Assembly (NCBI GenBank): GCA_964016885.1
Contig: OZ024746.1
Location: forward strand, 15,872,001-15,936,000
DNA from: Eledone cirrhosa
Lineage: Eukaryota
Reading direction: 5' to 3'
DNA length: 64,000 nucleotides
Position numbers and translations under genes: made by a program. Below the pieces are notes generated by a model. The model was not told where the DNA came from and did not search any database. It saw only the letters and a program-made list of their open reading frames with translations. Shown piece after piece: positions 1 to 14,484 of the stretch. Each line of letters starts with the position of its first letter. The stretch's first letter is position 1.

Positions 1-3000
1 TCAACACACTATACCCTAAACTAGGCCCAGGTTAACAAGGTACCCCTCACATATCAACACACTATACCCTAAACTACTCCCAGGTTACCAAGGTACCCCT
101 CACATATCAACACACTATACCCTAAACTACCCCCAAGTTACCAAGGTACCCCTCACATATCAACACACTATATACTATACAGTAAACTACCCCAAAGTTA
201 CCTAGGTACCCCTCACATATCAACACACAATACCCTAAACACTAAGCTACACCCAAGTTACCAAGGTACCCCTCACATATCAACACACTATACCCTAAAC
301 TACCCCCAAGTTACCAAGGTACCCCTCACATATCAACACACTATATACTATACCCTAAACTACCCCAAGTTACCAAGGTACCCCTCACATATCAACAAAC
401 TATATACTATACCCTAAACTACCCCCAAGTTACCAAGGTACCCCTCACATATCAACACACTATACCCTAAACTACCCCCAAGTTACCAAGGTACCCCTCA
501 CATATCAACACACTATATACTATACCCTAAACTACCCCCAAGTTACCAAGGTACCACCCACATATCAACACATTATATACTATACCCTAAACTACCCCAA
601 AGTTACCAAGATATCAACACACTATATACTATACCCTAAACTACCCCCAAGTTTCCAAGGTACCCCTCACATATCGACACACTATATACTATACCCTAAA
701 CTACCCCCAAGTTACCAAGATACCCCTCACATATCAACACACTATATACTATATCCTAAACTACCCCCAAGTTACCAAGTTACGACTCACATATCAACAC
801 ACTATATACTATACCCTAAACTACCCCCAAGTTACCAAGGTACCACCCACATATCAACACAGTATATACTATACACTAAACTACCCCCAGGTTACCAAGG
901 TACAGCTCACATATCAACACACTATATACTATACCCTAAACTACCCCCAAGTTACCAAGGTACCACCCACATATCAACACAGTATATACTATACCCTGAA
1001 CTACCCCCAAGTTTCCAAGGTACCCCTCACATATCAACACACTATATACTATACCCTAAACTACCCCCAAGTTACCAAGATACCCCTCACATATCAACAC
1101 ACTATATACTATATCCTAAACTACCCCCAAGTTACGAAGTTAACACCCACATATCAACACACTATATACTATACACTAAACTACCCCCAGGTTACCAAGG
1201 TACAGCTCACATATCAACACACTATATACTATACCCTAAACTAGCCCCAAGTTACCTAGGTACCCCTCACATATCAACACACTATATACTATACCCTAAA
1301 CTACCACCAAGTTACCTAGGTACCCGTCACATATCAACACACTATATACTATACCCTAAACTACCCCCAAGTTACCTAGGTACCCCTCACATATCAACAC
1401 ACTATATACTATACCCTAGACTACCCCCAAGTTACCAAGATACCCCTCACATATCAACACACTATATACTATACCCTAAACTACCCCCAAGTTACCAAGG
1501 TACCACCCACATATCAACACACTATATACTATACCCTAAACTACCCCCAAGTTACCAAGGTACCCGTCACATATCAACACACTATATACTATACCCTAAA
1601 CTATCCCCAGGTTACCAAGATACCCCTCACATATCAACACATTATATACTATACCCTAAACTACCCCCAAGTACCCAAGGTACCACCCACATATCAACAC
1701 ACTATATACTATACCCTAAACTACCCCCAAGTTACCAAGATACCCCTCACATATCAACACACTATATACTATATCCTAAACTACCCCCAAGTTACCAAGG
1801 TACCACCCACATATCAACACATTATATACTATACCCTAAACTACCCCCAAGTTATCAAGGTACCCCTCACATATCAACACACTATATACTATACCCTAAA
1901 CTACCCCCAGGTTACCAAGGTACCACCCACATATCAACACACTATATACTATACACTAAACTACCTCCAAGTTACCTAGGTACCACCCACATATCAACAC
2001 ACTATATACTATACCTTAAACTACCCCCAAGTTACCAAGGTACCACCCACATATCAACACACTATATACTATACCCTAAACTACCCCCAAGTTTCCAAGA
2101 TACCCCTCACATATCAACACACTATACCCTAAACTACCCCCAAGTTACCAAGGTACCACCCACATATCAACACACTATATACTATACCCTAAACTACCCC
2201 CAAGTTACCAAGATACCCCTCACATATCAACACACTATATACTATACCCTAAACTACCCCCAAGTTACCAAGGTACCACCCACATATCAACACACTACAT
2301 ACTATACCCTAAACTACCCCCAAGTTACCAAGGTACCACCCACATATCAACACATTACATTCTATACCCTAAACTACCCCCAAGTTACCAAGGTACCCCT
2401 CACATATCAACACACTTTATACTATACCCTAAACTACCCCCAAGTTACCAAGGTACACCTCACATATCAACACACTATATACTATATCCTAAACTACCCC
2501 CAAGTTACCAAGGTACCACCCACATATCAACAGATTATATACTATACCCTAAACTACCCCGAAGTTACCAAGCTACCACCCACATATCAACACACTATAT
2601 ACTATACCCTAAACTACCACCAAGTTACCTAGGTACCCCTCACATATCAACACACTATATACTATACCCTAAACTATCCCCAGGTTACCTAGGTACCCCT
2701 CACATATCAACACACTATATACTATACCCTAAACTACCCCAAAGTTACCAAGGTACCCCTCACATATCAACACACTATATACTATACCATAAACTACCCC
2801 AAAGTTACCAAGATATCAACACACTATATACTATACCCTAAACTACCCCCAGGTTACCTAGGTACCCCTCACATATCAACACACTATATACTATACCCTA
2901 AACTCCCCCAAGTTACCAAGGTACCCCTCACATATCAACACACTATATACTATACCCTAAACTACCCCCACGTTACCTAGGTACCCCTCACATATCAACA

Positions 3001-5059
3001 CACTATATACTATACCCTAAACTACCCCCAAGTTACCAAGATACCACCCACATATCAACACACTATATACTATACCCTAAACTACCGCCAAGTTACCAAG
3101 GTACCCCTCACATATCAACACACTATATACTATACCCTAAACTACCCCCAGGTTACCAAGGTTCCACCCACATATCAACACACTATATACTATACCCTAA
3201 ACTACCCCCAAGTTACCAAGGTTCCCCTCACATATCAACGCATTATATACTATACCCTAAACTACCCCCAAGTTATGAAGGTACCACCCACATATCAACG
3301 CACTATACCCTAAACTACCCCCAAGTTCCCAAGGTACCCCTCACATATCAACACACTATATACTATACCCTAAACCACCCCCAAGTTATCTAGGTACCCC
3401 TCACATATAAACATACTATATACTATACCCTAAACTCCCCCAAGTTACCAAGATACCCCTCACATATCAACACACTATATACTATACCCTAAACTACCCC
3501 CTAGATACCAAGGTACCACCCACATATTAACTCACTATACCCTAAACTACCCCCAAGTTACCAAGGAACCACCCACATATCAACACACTATGCCCTAAAC
3601 TACCCCCAAGTTACGAAGGTACCACCCACATATTAACACACTATACCCTAAACTACCCCCAAGTTACGAAGGTACCACCCACATATCAACGCACTATACC
3701 CTAAACTACTCCCAAGTTACCAAGGTACCACCCACATATCAACACACTATATACTATACCCTAAACTACCCCCAGGTTACCAAGGTACCACCCACATATC
3801 AACACATTACATACTATACCCTAAACTACCCCCAAGTTACCAATATACCACCCACATATCAACACACTATATACTATACCCTAAACTACCCCCAAGTTAC
3901 CAAGGTACCCCTCAGATATCAACACACTATATACTATACCCTAAACTACCCCCAAGTTACCAAGGTGCCACCCACATATCAACACACTATATACTATACC
4001 CTCAACTACCCCCAAGTTACCAAGTTACCCCTCACATATCAACACACGATATACTATACCCTAAACTACCCCAGGTTACCAAGGTACCACCCACATATCA
4101 ACACATTATATACTATACCCTAAACCACCCCCAAGTTATCAAGGTACCACCCACATATCAACACCCTATATACTATACCCTAAACTACCCCCAAGTTACC
4201 AAGGTACCACCCACATATCAACACCCTATATACTATACCCTAAACTACCCCCAAGTTTCCAAGGTACCACGCACATATCAACACACTATATACTATACCC
4301 TAAACCACCCCCAAGTTACCACCCACATATCAACACATTATATACTATACCCTAAACTACCCCCAAGTTATCAAGGTACCACCCACATATCAACACACTA
4401 TATACTATACCCTAAACTACCCCCAACTTACCAAGGTACCACCCACATATCAACACAATATACCCTAAACTACCCCCAAGTTACCAAGGTACCACCCACA
4501 TATCAACACCCTATATACTATACCCTAAACTACCCCCAAGTTACCAAGGTACCACCCACATATCAACACACTATATACTATACCCTAAACTACCCCAACT
4601 TACCAAGGTACCACCCACATATCAACACACTATATACTATACCCTAAACTACCCCCAGGTTACCAAAGTACAGCTCAGATATCAACACCCTATATACTAT
4701 ACCCTAAACTACCCCCAACTTACCAAGGTACCACCCACATATCAACACACTATATACTATACCCTAAACTACCCCCAGGTTACCAAAGTACAGCTCACAT
4801 ATCAACACCCTATATACTATACCCTAAACTACCCCCAACTTACCAAGGTACCACCTACATATCAACACACTATATACTATACCCTAAACTACCCCCAAGT
4901 TACCAAGGTACCACCCACATATCAACACACTATATACTATACCCTAAACTACCCCGAAGTTACCTAGGTACCCCTCACATATCAACACACTATATACTAT
5001 ACCCTAAACTACCCCCAAGTTACCTAGTTACCCCTCAAATATCAACACACTATATACTA
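1..5059. repeat. 60-bp tandem satellite (~85 units; 53-bp variants lacking 7 bp); runs off the left edge of the window
   Basis: Consensus ATATCAACACACTATATACTATACCCTAAACTACCCCCAAGTTACCAAGGTACC(C/A)C(T/C)CAC; columns align in the 60-nt lines. Confidence 0.98.
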
Positions 5060-5449
5060 CACTACAAGAGTTGTTTCTGTTGTTGAAACTATTTAAATAA
5101 ATCCATAAAATATTTTAATATTTCCATAAATCCATACTTATGCCTGAATAATGCATAAGAATGGCCAACAGTGTTTGGTATGGTAGATGGTGCATTTTGT
5201 TTTGTTCGTTTTCTGCTGTTGAACTCATACGAAACTGCCAAATTGGCGTAATTGTGGCAGAGCTGGCAACGGTGTGAAGAGATAGAGATTGCCATAAGTA
5301 ACTGGTTGCCTCATATTTTCACCAAATCCAAATATCAGTGGCTATGACCAGTAGAAATACGATCGCATCAGCTTTCTTCACTGTAATGTCTTACCTATTG
5401 ATTTATTTATCTGGAAAGTTAGACAACATGTGAGGTGAAGAACAACGTC

Positions 5450-7250
<1,801 letters not shown>

Positions 7251-7254
7251 AGAT

Positions 7255-7310
7255 AATAAGCTGCGACTTAATAATTTGCTCAATATCCGGGAACTTGAAA
7301 TGGCGGCACT
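7255..7310 (+). promoter_or_regulatory. Candidate promoter/TSS region with a YY1-type motif
   Basis: Unique island with several CpGs; GAAATGGCGGC at 7297-7307 resembles the YY1 site typical of first exons. Confidence 0.35.
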
Positions 7311-7372
7311 CTGTACTATACACTCGTACAACGACCCAGTTGACGTAACAAAAATAACACCAGGTCTTTCCT
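7300..7372 (+). CDS. Candidate first coding exon of an unidentified gene (MAALCTIHSYNDPVDVTKITPGLS)
   Basis: AAAATGG-like Kozak context (GAAATGG), open frame, donor CT|GTGAGT at 7373; no homolog recognised. Confidence 0.35.
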
Positions 7373-7894
7373 GTGAGTATTTACTGATTCCATATATATA
7401 AATATACGTATATATATATTCTACATTTACATCAACATCTTCTGTTATTTCTCATCCCTTTAATATCATTACATTACTGATTGATCGGCTTGACGATCTC
7501 ACAACCAACCTATAGACATATCTGTATCCATTCACTTGAATACTTTTTTATCCCCCCCATACCCCCCTCTGTCTGTCTGTCCCTCTCTCTATATATATAC
7601 ATACATACACACACACATACATATATATACACATACATCCCTCAGTCTCTCTTACTATATATATATATATATATATCTATATATATCTATATATATCTAT
7701 AGCATTTCGGCTCTGTAATATACTTGTTATTTTACATTGAGCTATGATCATACTTGTAATTGGATAATATTTAATATTACCCACATTTATATGTACCTAT
7801 ATATATATATATGTGTGTGTGTGTATATATCTAGATGAAATGTATATTACTGATCTGTTTCACTTATTACTTCATTTATTGGAAACCTTTCCAC

Positions 7895-7998
7895 TGTTAA
7901 AAATGAAAGCCCTAAATGAAAGTGGTGTGAAAACAATTATATATATATATATATAATTGTTTTCATACCACTTTTATTTAGGGCTTTCATTTTTAACA
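7895..7998. repeat. Inverted repeat (~45-bp arms) centred on (TA)n
   Basis: TGTTAAAAATGAAAGCCCTAAATGAAAGTGGTGTGAAAACAATT ... AATTGTTTTCATACCACTTTTATTTAGGGCTTTCATTTTTAACA. Confidence 0.9.
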
Positions 7999-8216
7999 TA
8001 TATAATATATAGTGTGCGAGTATATATATGATATGATATAGACGAATAACAATGAACGTCGTCTGTCGATATCTCGGAATTGATCCATATATCCCTCCTT
8101 GCTCACATGCAACATCGATGACCTCCTAGCTCTATGGATGCATGGATATATGATACAGTTGTGGTCAGAAATTGTTCGTTGTCTGATGCTGATGAAGTTT
8201 GCAGCTGTTATACGCA

Positions 8217-8255
<39 letters not shown>

Positions 8256-8443
8256 ACACACAGATACATATATACACCACACACACACATATATATATAT
8301 ATATAGACACAACACACACATACATTATACCACATGCTCACACACCACATACACACATATTGACACCACACAAACACACACAACACATCACATACACAAC
8401 GCAATACACCACATACCTCATACAGAAGTCTGAATCTGATGTT

Positions 8444-8508
<65 letters not shown>

Positions 8509-8844
8509 TATGAGTACACTGCATACACACCTCTGTTATGTGTACCGGTTTACACACCCGACACAGCAGAAACACTCCGTCTTATGATGACTGATTACAC
8601 AGTTCGAGCGTGTGATGTGTCCAATTATAACACATAGTCACACACATATATACATACAGACACATATATATATATACACATACACACACACACATATATA
8701 CATACAGACACATATATATATATACACATACACACACACATATATACATACACACGTACATAGTTTAATTGTGTCTGGAGATCTGCTGTGTACAGGGGTA
8801 GAGTAGATGTCCATTTATAACAGATCTTGTTTATACGTCTTTAA

Positions 8845-8926
8845 CAGTAATGTACTGGGGGCGATTTAATTGACCTTCCACTCCCCAAAAATGGTTGGCC
8901 TTGTGCCTAATTCCGAAACCATTATT
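8845..8926 (+). mobile_element. 3' fragment of tRNA-derived SINE (same family as 12942-13127)
   Basis: CAGTAATGTACTGGGG...GGCCTTGTGCCTAA...GAAACCATTATT. Confidence 0.6.
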
Positions 8927-8981
8927 TGTCTAGAGTTTAGTTATGGATGCAGGTGTAATGGACAGTAAGTCTGTCTCTCCA

Positions 8982-9014
<33 letters not shown>

Positions 9015-9244
9015 CACACACACACATACACATACATACAGAATCCGGTCTATGTCACTGGCGATGTCTGTGTACACATATACATAATTACACCCCACAC
9101 ATATCTATCTATATGTGTGTATAGTTTAACATCAGATGGGGCTGCGAGACGTATGCAGCGAAGTATTTTCACCATCTATAAACATGCACTTCCTATCACA
9201 TCACATATCTAGTTGTGTTATTACTGTTGGTGTTTCTACTCATG

Positions 9245-9325
9245 TACATATGTGTGTATATATATATGGTGTGTGTGTGTGTGTATATATGTGTTTGTAT
9301 ATATATATATATATATATGTGTGTA

Positions 9326-9378
<53 letters not shown>

Positions 9379-9900
9379 ATATATATATATGTGTGTGTGT
9401 GTGTGTATATATATATATGTGTGTGTGTGTGTGTATATATATATGTGTGTGTGTGTATATATATATATGTGTGTGTGTGTATATATGTGTGTATATATGT
9501 GTGTGTGTATATATGTGTATGTGTATATATGTGTGTGTATGTGTATATATATGTGTGTGTATGTGTATATGTGTGTGTATATATATATGTGTGTGTATAT
9601 ATATATGTGTGTGTATATATATATATGTGTGTGTATATATATATATGTGTGTGTATATATATATATGTGTGTGTATATATATATATGTGTGTGTGTATAT
9701 ATATATATGTGTGTGTGTATATATATATATGTGTGTGTGTATATATATATATATGTGTGTATATATATATATATGTGTGTGTATATATATATATGTGTGT
9801 GTATATATATATATGTGTGTGTATATATATATATGTGTGTGTATATATATATGTGTGTGTGTATATATATATATATGTGTGTGTGTGTATATATATATAT
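9245..9900. repeat. Compound (TA)n/(TG)n microsatellite array
   Basis: Direct inspection. Confidence 0.95.
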
Positions 9901-10238
9901 AGAGATAGTATACAACTATCTAAATATATATAAAACCACCTTACCACCCCCGCCATTAATATAGACGAACACCACATGCACGTATTACACCAGCTACATA
10001 CCGCATTTCACACCACTCACAACATACACACAGAACACTGAATATATATATATATATATACATACATACACACACAGCCACTATCTGCTGTTTAGCCGGT
10101 CGATGTCTTAATTACCAATGTTAAAACACTGAAAATTGGAGGGAATCTGAAAGTGTTCTTGTCTCATCTGTGTTTTTTTTGTTTTTTTATCCCATCACAC
10201 CCCATTTCTGTCTATGTCATTACCTATGTATCTGACCG

Positions 10239-10317
<79 letters not shown>

Positions 10318-10318
<1 letters not shown>

Positions 10319-10455
10319 TGAGAGTCCCAGGCTGAATCGGGGGGTAACCACAGTAAGTAAGGTACTCAATACATTAGTGGAGTGTAAACATCAAATTTGA
10401 TATAAAAATGGCTTCTACAAGACTAGAACTGTTTCACTCGAAGAAAATAATCAGG
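10318..10455 (-). mobile_element. Short Penelope-pLTR-like fragment with degenerate hammerhead-like motif
   Basis: Minus strand CTGATTA-TTTTCTTCGAGT-GAAAC-AGTTCTA-GTC, then ACTCCACTAATGTATTGAGTAC; homologous to 47810-47966. Confidence 0.5.
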
Positions 10456-10534
10456 ATATGTGTGTGTCTGAACGTATATTTTTATGTGTGTATGTATGTG
10501 TGTGTCTGACCACACACACTCATATTTTGTATGC

Positions 10535-10566
<32 letters not shown>

Positions 10567-10655
10567 ATGTATATATATGTATGTGTATGTATATATATGT
10601 GTATGTATATATATGTATGTGTATGTATATATATGTATGTGTATGTATATATATG

Positions 10656-10690
<35 letters not shown>

Positions 10691-10732
10691 GCGTGTGTAT
10701 ATATATGTGTGTGTATGTATATATATGTATGC

Positions 10733-10768
<36 letters not shown>

Positions 10769-10787
10769 GTGTGTATACATATGATAC

Positions 10788-10835
<48 letters not shown>

Positions 10836-10854
10836 GTGTGTATACATATGATAC

Positions 10855-10904
<50 letters not shown>

Positions 10905-10925
10905 ATGGATATATATACATACACA
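10455..10925. repeat. Compound (TA)n/(TATG)n microsatellite
   Basis: Direct inspection. Confidence 0.9.
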
Positions 10926-11024
10926 CACTGTGCCTCCCCTCCCTCCGAAATGTATACACACTTTGATTAGAATTCTATTGAAGTGTGTATACATTTTAGT
11001 ATAGATACACCCTGTATCTATAAT

Positions 11025-11292
11025 ATATATAGGAACAAGTAAGACCCCGACGGCTGAGCTCAAGCCGTTACTGAATTAGCCGTCGAAACGGCTTGAGCTC
11101 AGCCGTCGGGGTCTTACTTGTTCCTATATATGCCGTTTCGACGGCTAATTCAGTACAGAATTAGCCGTCGAAACGGCTTGAGCTCAGCCGTCGGGGGGGT
11201 CTTACTTGTTCCTATTACCCACTCTACTACTCTAAGTATTGAGTACTTTGGTGCGTTATGGTCCACCTGGTTCCTTACCACATTTCCTTCGT

Positions 11293-11295
<3 letters not shown>
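11025..11295. mobile_element. Multiply inverted (fold-back) pLTR-like element containing the 3' half of a hammerhead-like motif
   Basis: Four alternating-orientation segments of GAATTAGCCGTCGAAACGGCTTGAGCTCAGCCGTCGGGGTCTTACTTGTTCCTAT; distal part homologous to 26371-26460. Confidence 0.6.
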
Positions 11296-11323
<28 letters not shown>

Positions 11324-11668
11324 CATGAGCGTCTCTGATTGTAACTCATGTGTAACTATGTCTGTCTCTGTGGTTTGTCTATACGTAATATATGTAATCT
11401 TTTTATCCTTGTTATTGTGTCTGTGTGTGTGAGACGGTGTTTTTCTATGTGTGTGTAAATATATATATATATACACACACACAGAGGGAGAGGGAGGGCA
11501 GATATTCCATTATATATTTGTGTGTGTGTATTTCTATATCTACGTCTATCTATATCCCATTTTCGTTTTATGTATATATATATGCTTGTCTATACGCGTG
11601 TCTCTATGTATGTATTTATGTATCCCATTTTCTTTCTACGAATCTATGTATGAGTAAGTGCGTGTCTC

Positions 11669-11701
<33 letters not shown>

Positions 11702-11990
11702 GAGTGTGTGTGTGTATCTATTTATTTATTTGCTCACCTGTTCCTGTATGTATGTATGTGTGTGTGTGTGTGTTAGGTTGTGTATCGAAGAGTGATTTTG
11801 AAATTTGGATTTTTACTGCAGTGTTTTTTGTTAAGACAAGACTAGACACGGGGGTGGCAGTGTCTTGGTGATGGTAGCACAACCACTACCACTACTAATA
11901 ATAATATTAGCAGTTGTACATGTAGTAGTAGTTATTATTGTTAGGATAATTCGACTGTTCAATGTTGGGTTAAATACCCCCCCCCCCCCT

Positions 11991-12031
<41 letters not shown>

Positions 12032-12941
12032 TATATTGTCTGGAATAGGATGGAAATTATCATTGGTTTATTATATTTTAGGATAATATTGTTTTAGAAT
12101 GAGTTTTTCTTTTAAATCCTTCTTTTTTCTATTATATATGTTTTCGTGAAAATATAATAGCAACGCTTGTGATTGAATATTGATAAGTCATAGGTACAAC
12201 TGTTATATTATTGGAAACACGTACACATGCATATACACACGTATTATATCTTCATGTTCAGCTACACCCTTCCATTCACACACACATACACATGTGTGCG
12301 TGTATTCTCTGATATTTGTGTTTGATCTGCAGATTTAGCTTAATACATATAAACACTACGCACATGTGTGTACGCATACATATACATATCCACAGGCTCA
12401 CACACACACACACACATATATATGAACAATTGTGCGAATGGACATGCAAGCATGTTTGTTAAAATACTATATGTATATATATAATAACAGTGTATGTATA
12501 TTATGTGTGTGTGTATATATTTATATATATATATAATATAATATTTATATATATAATATATTATTTATATATATATATAATATATTATTCATATATATTA
12601 TATTTTATATATATATGAGTAATTGCTGGCATTGTGCCTAAAGTAGAAACAATTATTTATATATAAGTACCAGTAATGCACTGTGTAATTGCTGGCCTTG
12701 TGCCTAAAGTAGAAACAATTATTTATATATATATATAATATATTTATATATAATATATTATTTATATATACATATAATATATTATTTATATATATATAAA
12801 TAATATATATATAATATATTTATATATAATATATTATTTATATATACATATAATATATTATTTATATATATATATAAAGTACCAGTAATGTAGAAACAAT
12901 TATTTATATATATATATAAATAATATATTATATATATATAA

Positions 12942-13127
12942 ATAATTGTTTCTACTTTTGGCACAAAGCCAGCAAATAACCCAGTGCATACTTTATTTTA
13001 TTGACCCCGTAAGGATGAAAGGCAAAGTTAACCTCGGCGTGATTTGAACTCAGATCATAAAGGGACGTAACTATGCTGGAAAGCATGGCGTCCGACCCTC
13101 TACTGATACTGCCAATCCACTGCCCTT
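12942..13127 (-). mobile_element. tRNA-derived SINE (Nin/Deu-domain-like)
   Basis: Minus strand: A-box-like TGGCAGTATCAGTAG, B-box GAGTTCAAATC, core CCGAGGTTAACTTTGCCTTTCATCC; copies at 41642 and 51077. Confidence 0.85.
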
Positions 13128-13202
13128 TATATATATATAAATAATATATTATATATATATAAATAAAGGTTAACTTTGCCTATATATATATATATAAACA
13201 GA

Positions 13203-13302
13203 GTTTAACTTTGCCTTTCATCCTTACGGGGTCGATAAAATAAAGTACCAGTAATGCACTGGGTTATTGCTGGCCTTGTGCCAAAAGTAGAAACAATTAT
13301 TT
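13203..13302 (+). mobile_element. 5'-truncated copy of the same SINE in inverted orientation
   Basis: TTAACTTTGCCTTTCATCCTTACGGGGTCGATAAAATAAAGTACC...GTAGAAACAATTATT. Confidence 0.85.
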
Positions 13303-13849
13303 ATATATATATATATATATATAATATTTATGTATATATATAATATAATATTTATGTATATATATAGTATATTATATGTATGTATGTTGTATACTATACG
13401 TATATATATTTTATTGATAAATAGATCAACAAAAACAATGTTAACTGGCTTAAGTAAAAAGTTGGTAAGGAGGTCTGTAAAGCAATGTTAGTGTTGGTGT
13501 ATTGTTGGCAGTGGTAGTGTGGTGTTATCAGCGACCTAGTGAGATGTTGGTGCTAGTGCTGCTGGCATGGTATATGGTGGTGTGGGTGGTAGTGCGATCT
13601 TACCACTGGTTTGATATCATTAGCAGACAGGTTCTGTTGCTTAGCTCAGCCTCACCACAATAGCTCCATTGATTTTTCAGTGAAATTATTTCTTTTGTAA
13701 AATTCTAAGGTGCCTGCCTTCCTGTCTCTTAATATATGTACCAGCTAGCCTCTCTTGGACTAATTGTCTTAGCCAGCATGCTAGCACCATCACATTCTGC
13801 CTACATCCATCGCTAGCCTGTTCACCTATTTCTATATCCAGTCATCCAT

Positions 13850-14126
13850 CCATCCAGCTTTCTCTGTCTGTCACTCCATCCACACATCTCCATTTCTTCC
13901 TCTTTTTTTTTCTCACTCTCTCAATCCACCATTCTTCTCTCTGTCCTCTTTTCATTCATCACTCTATCCATCCATCTCTCTCTCTGTCTTTTCATTCATC
14001 ACTCTATCCATCCATCTCTCTCTCTGTCTTTTCATTCATCACTCTATCCATCATCCCTTTTACTCTCTCTCTCTCTCTATCTGTCTCTTTTCATTCATCA
14101 CTTTACTCATCTCTTTTCTCTCTTCA

Positions 14127-14196
<70 letters not shown>

Positions 14197-14475
14197 CACT
14201 ATTGATTATTCCTTTTCATCTCTCTCTTTCTCTCTATTCATCCATCTCTCTATCCAGTCATCTCTCCGCCCTCTCTCTATCCAGTTATCTCTCCCCCTCT
14301 CTCTATCCAGTCATCTCTCCCCCTCTCTCTACCTCTATCATCCATCTCTAACCAGTCATCTTCCTCTCTCCATTTATTCATTCACCTTTCTCTCTCTCCA
14401 CCCATCTCTCTATCATCTCTCTCTCTACCCACCCATCTCTCTATCATCTCTCTCTCTACCCACCCATCTCTCTAT
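13850..14475. repeat. CT-rich low-complexity region with short tandem duplications
   Basis: (CT)n plus ~37-bp TCTTTTCATTCATCACTCTATCCATCC units. Confidence 0.8.
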
Positions 14476-14484
14476 TTATGAACT

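Noticed and set aside
1-5059. True telomeric array
   Set aside because: Only one CCCTAA per 60-bp unit; no tandem (CCCTAA)n.
5089-5410. 68-aa minus-strand ORF and possible 16-nt micro-exon (5395-5410)
   Set aside because: Unique sequence with plausible splice signals, but no recognisable protein and no partner exons; cannot be supported.
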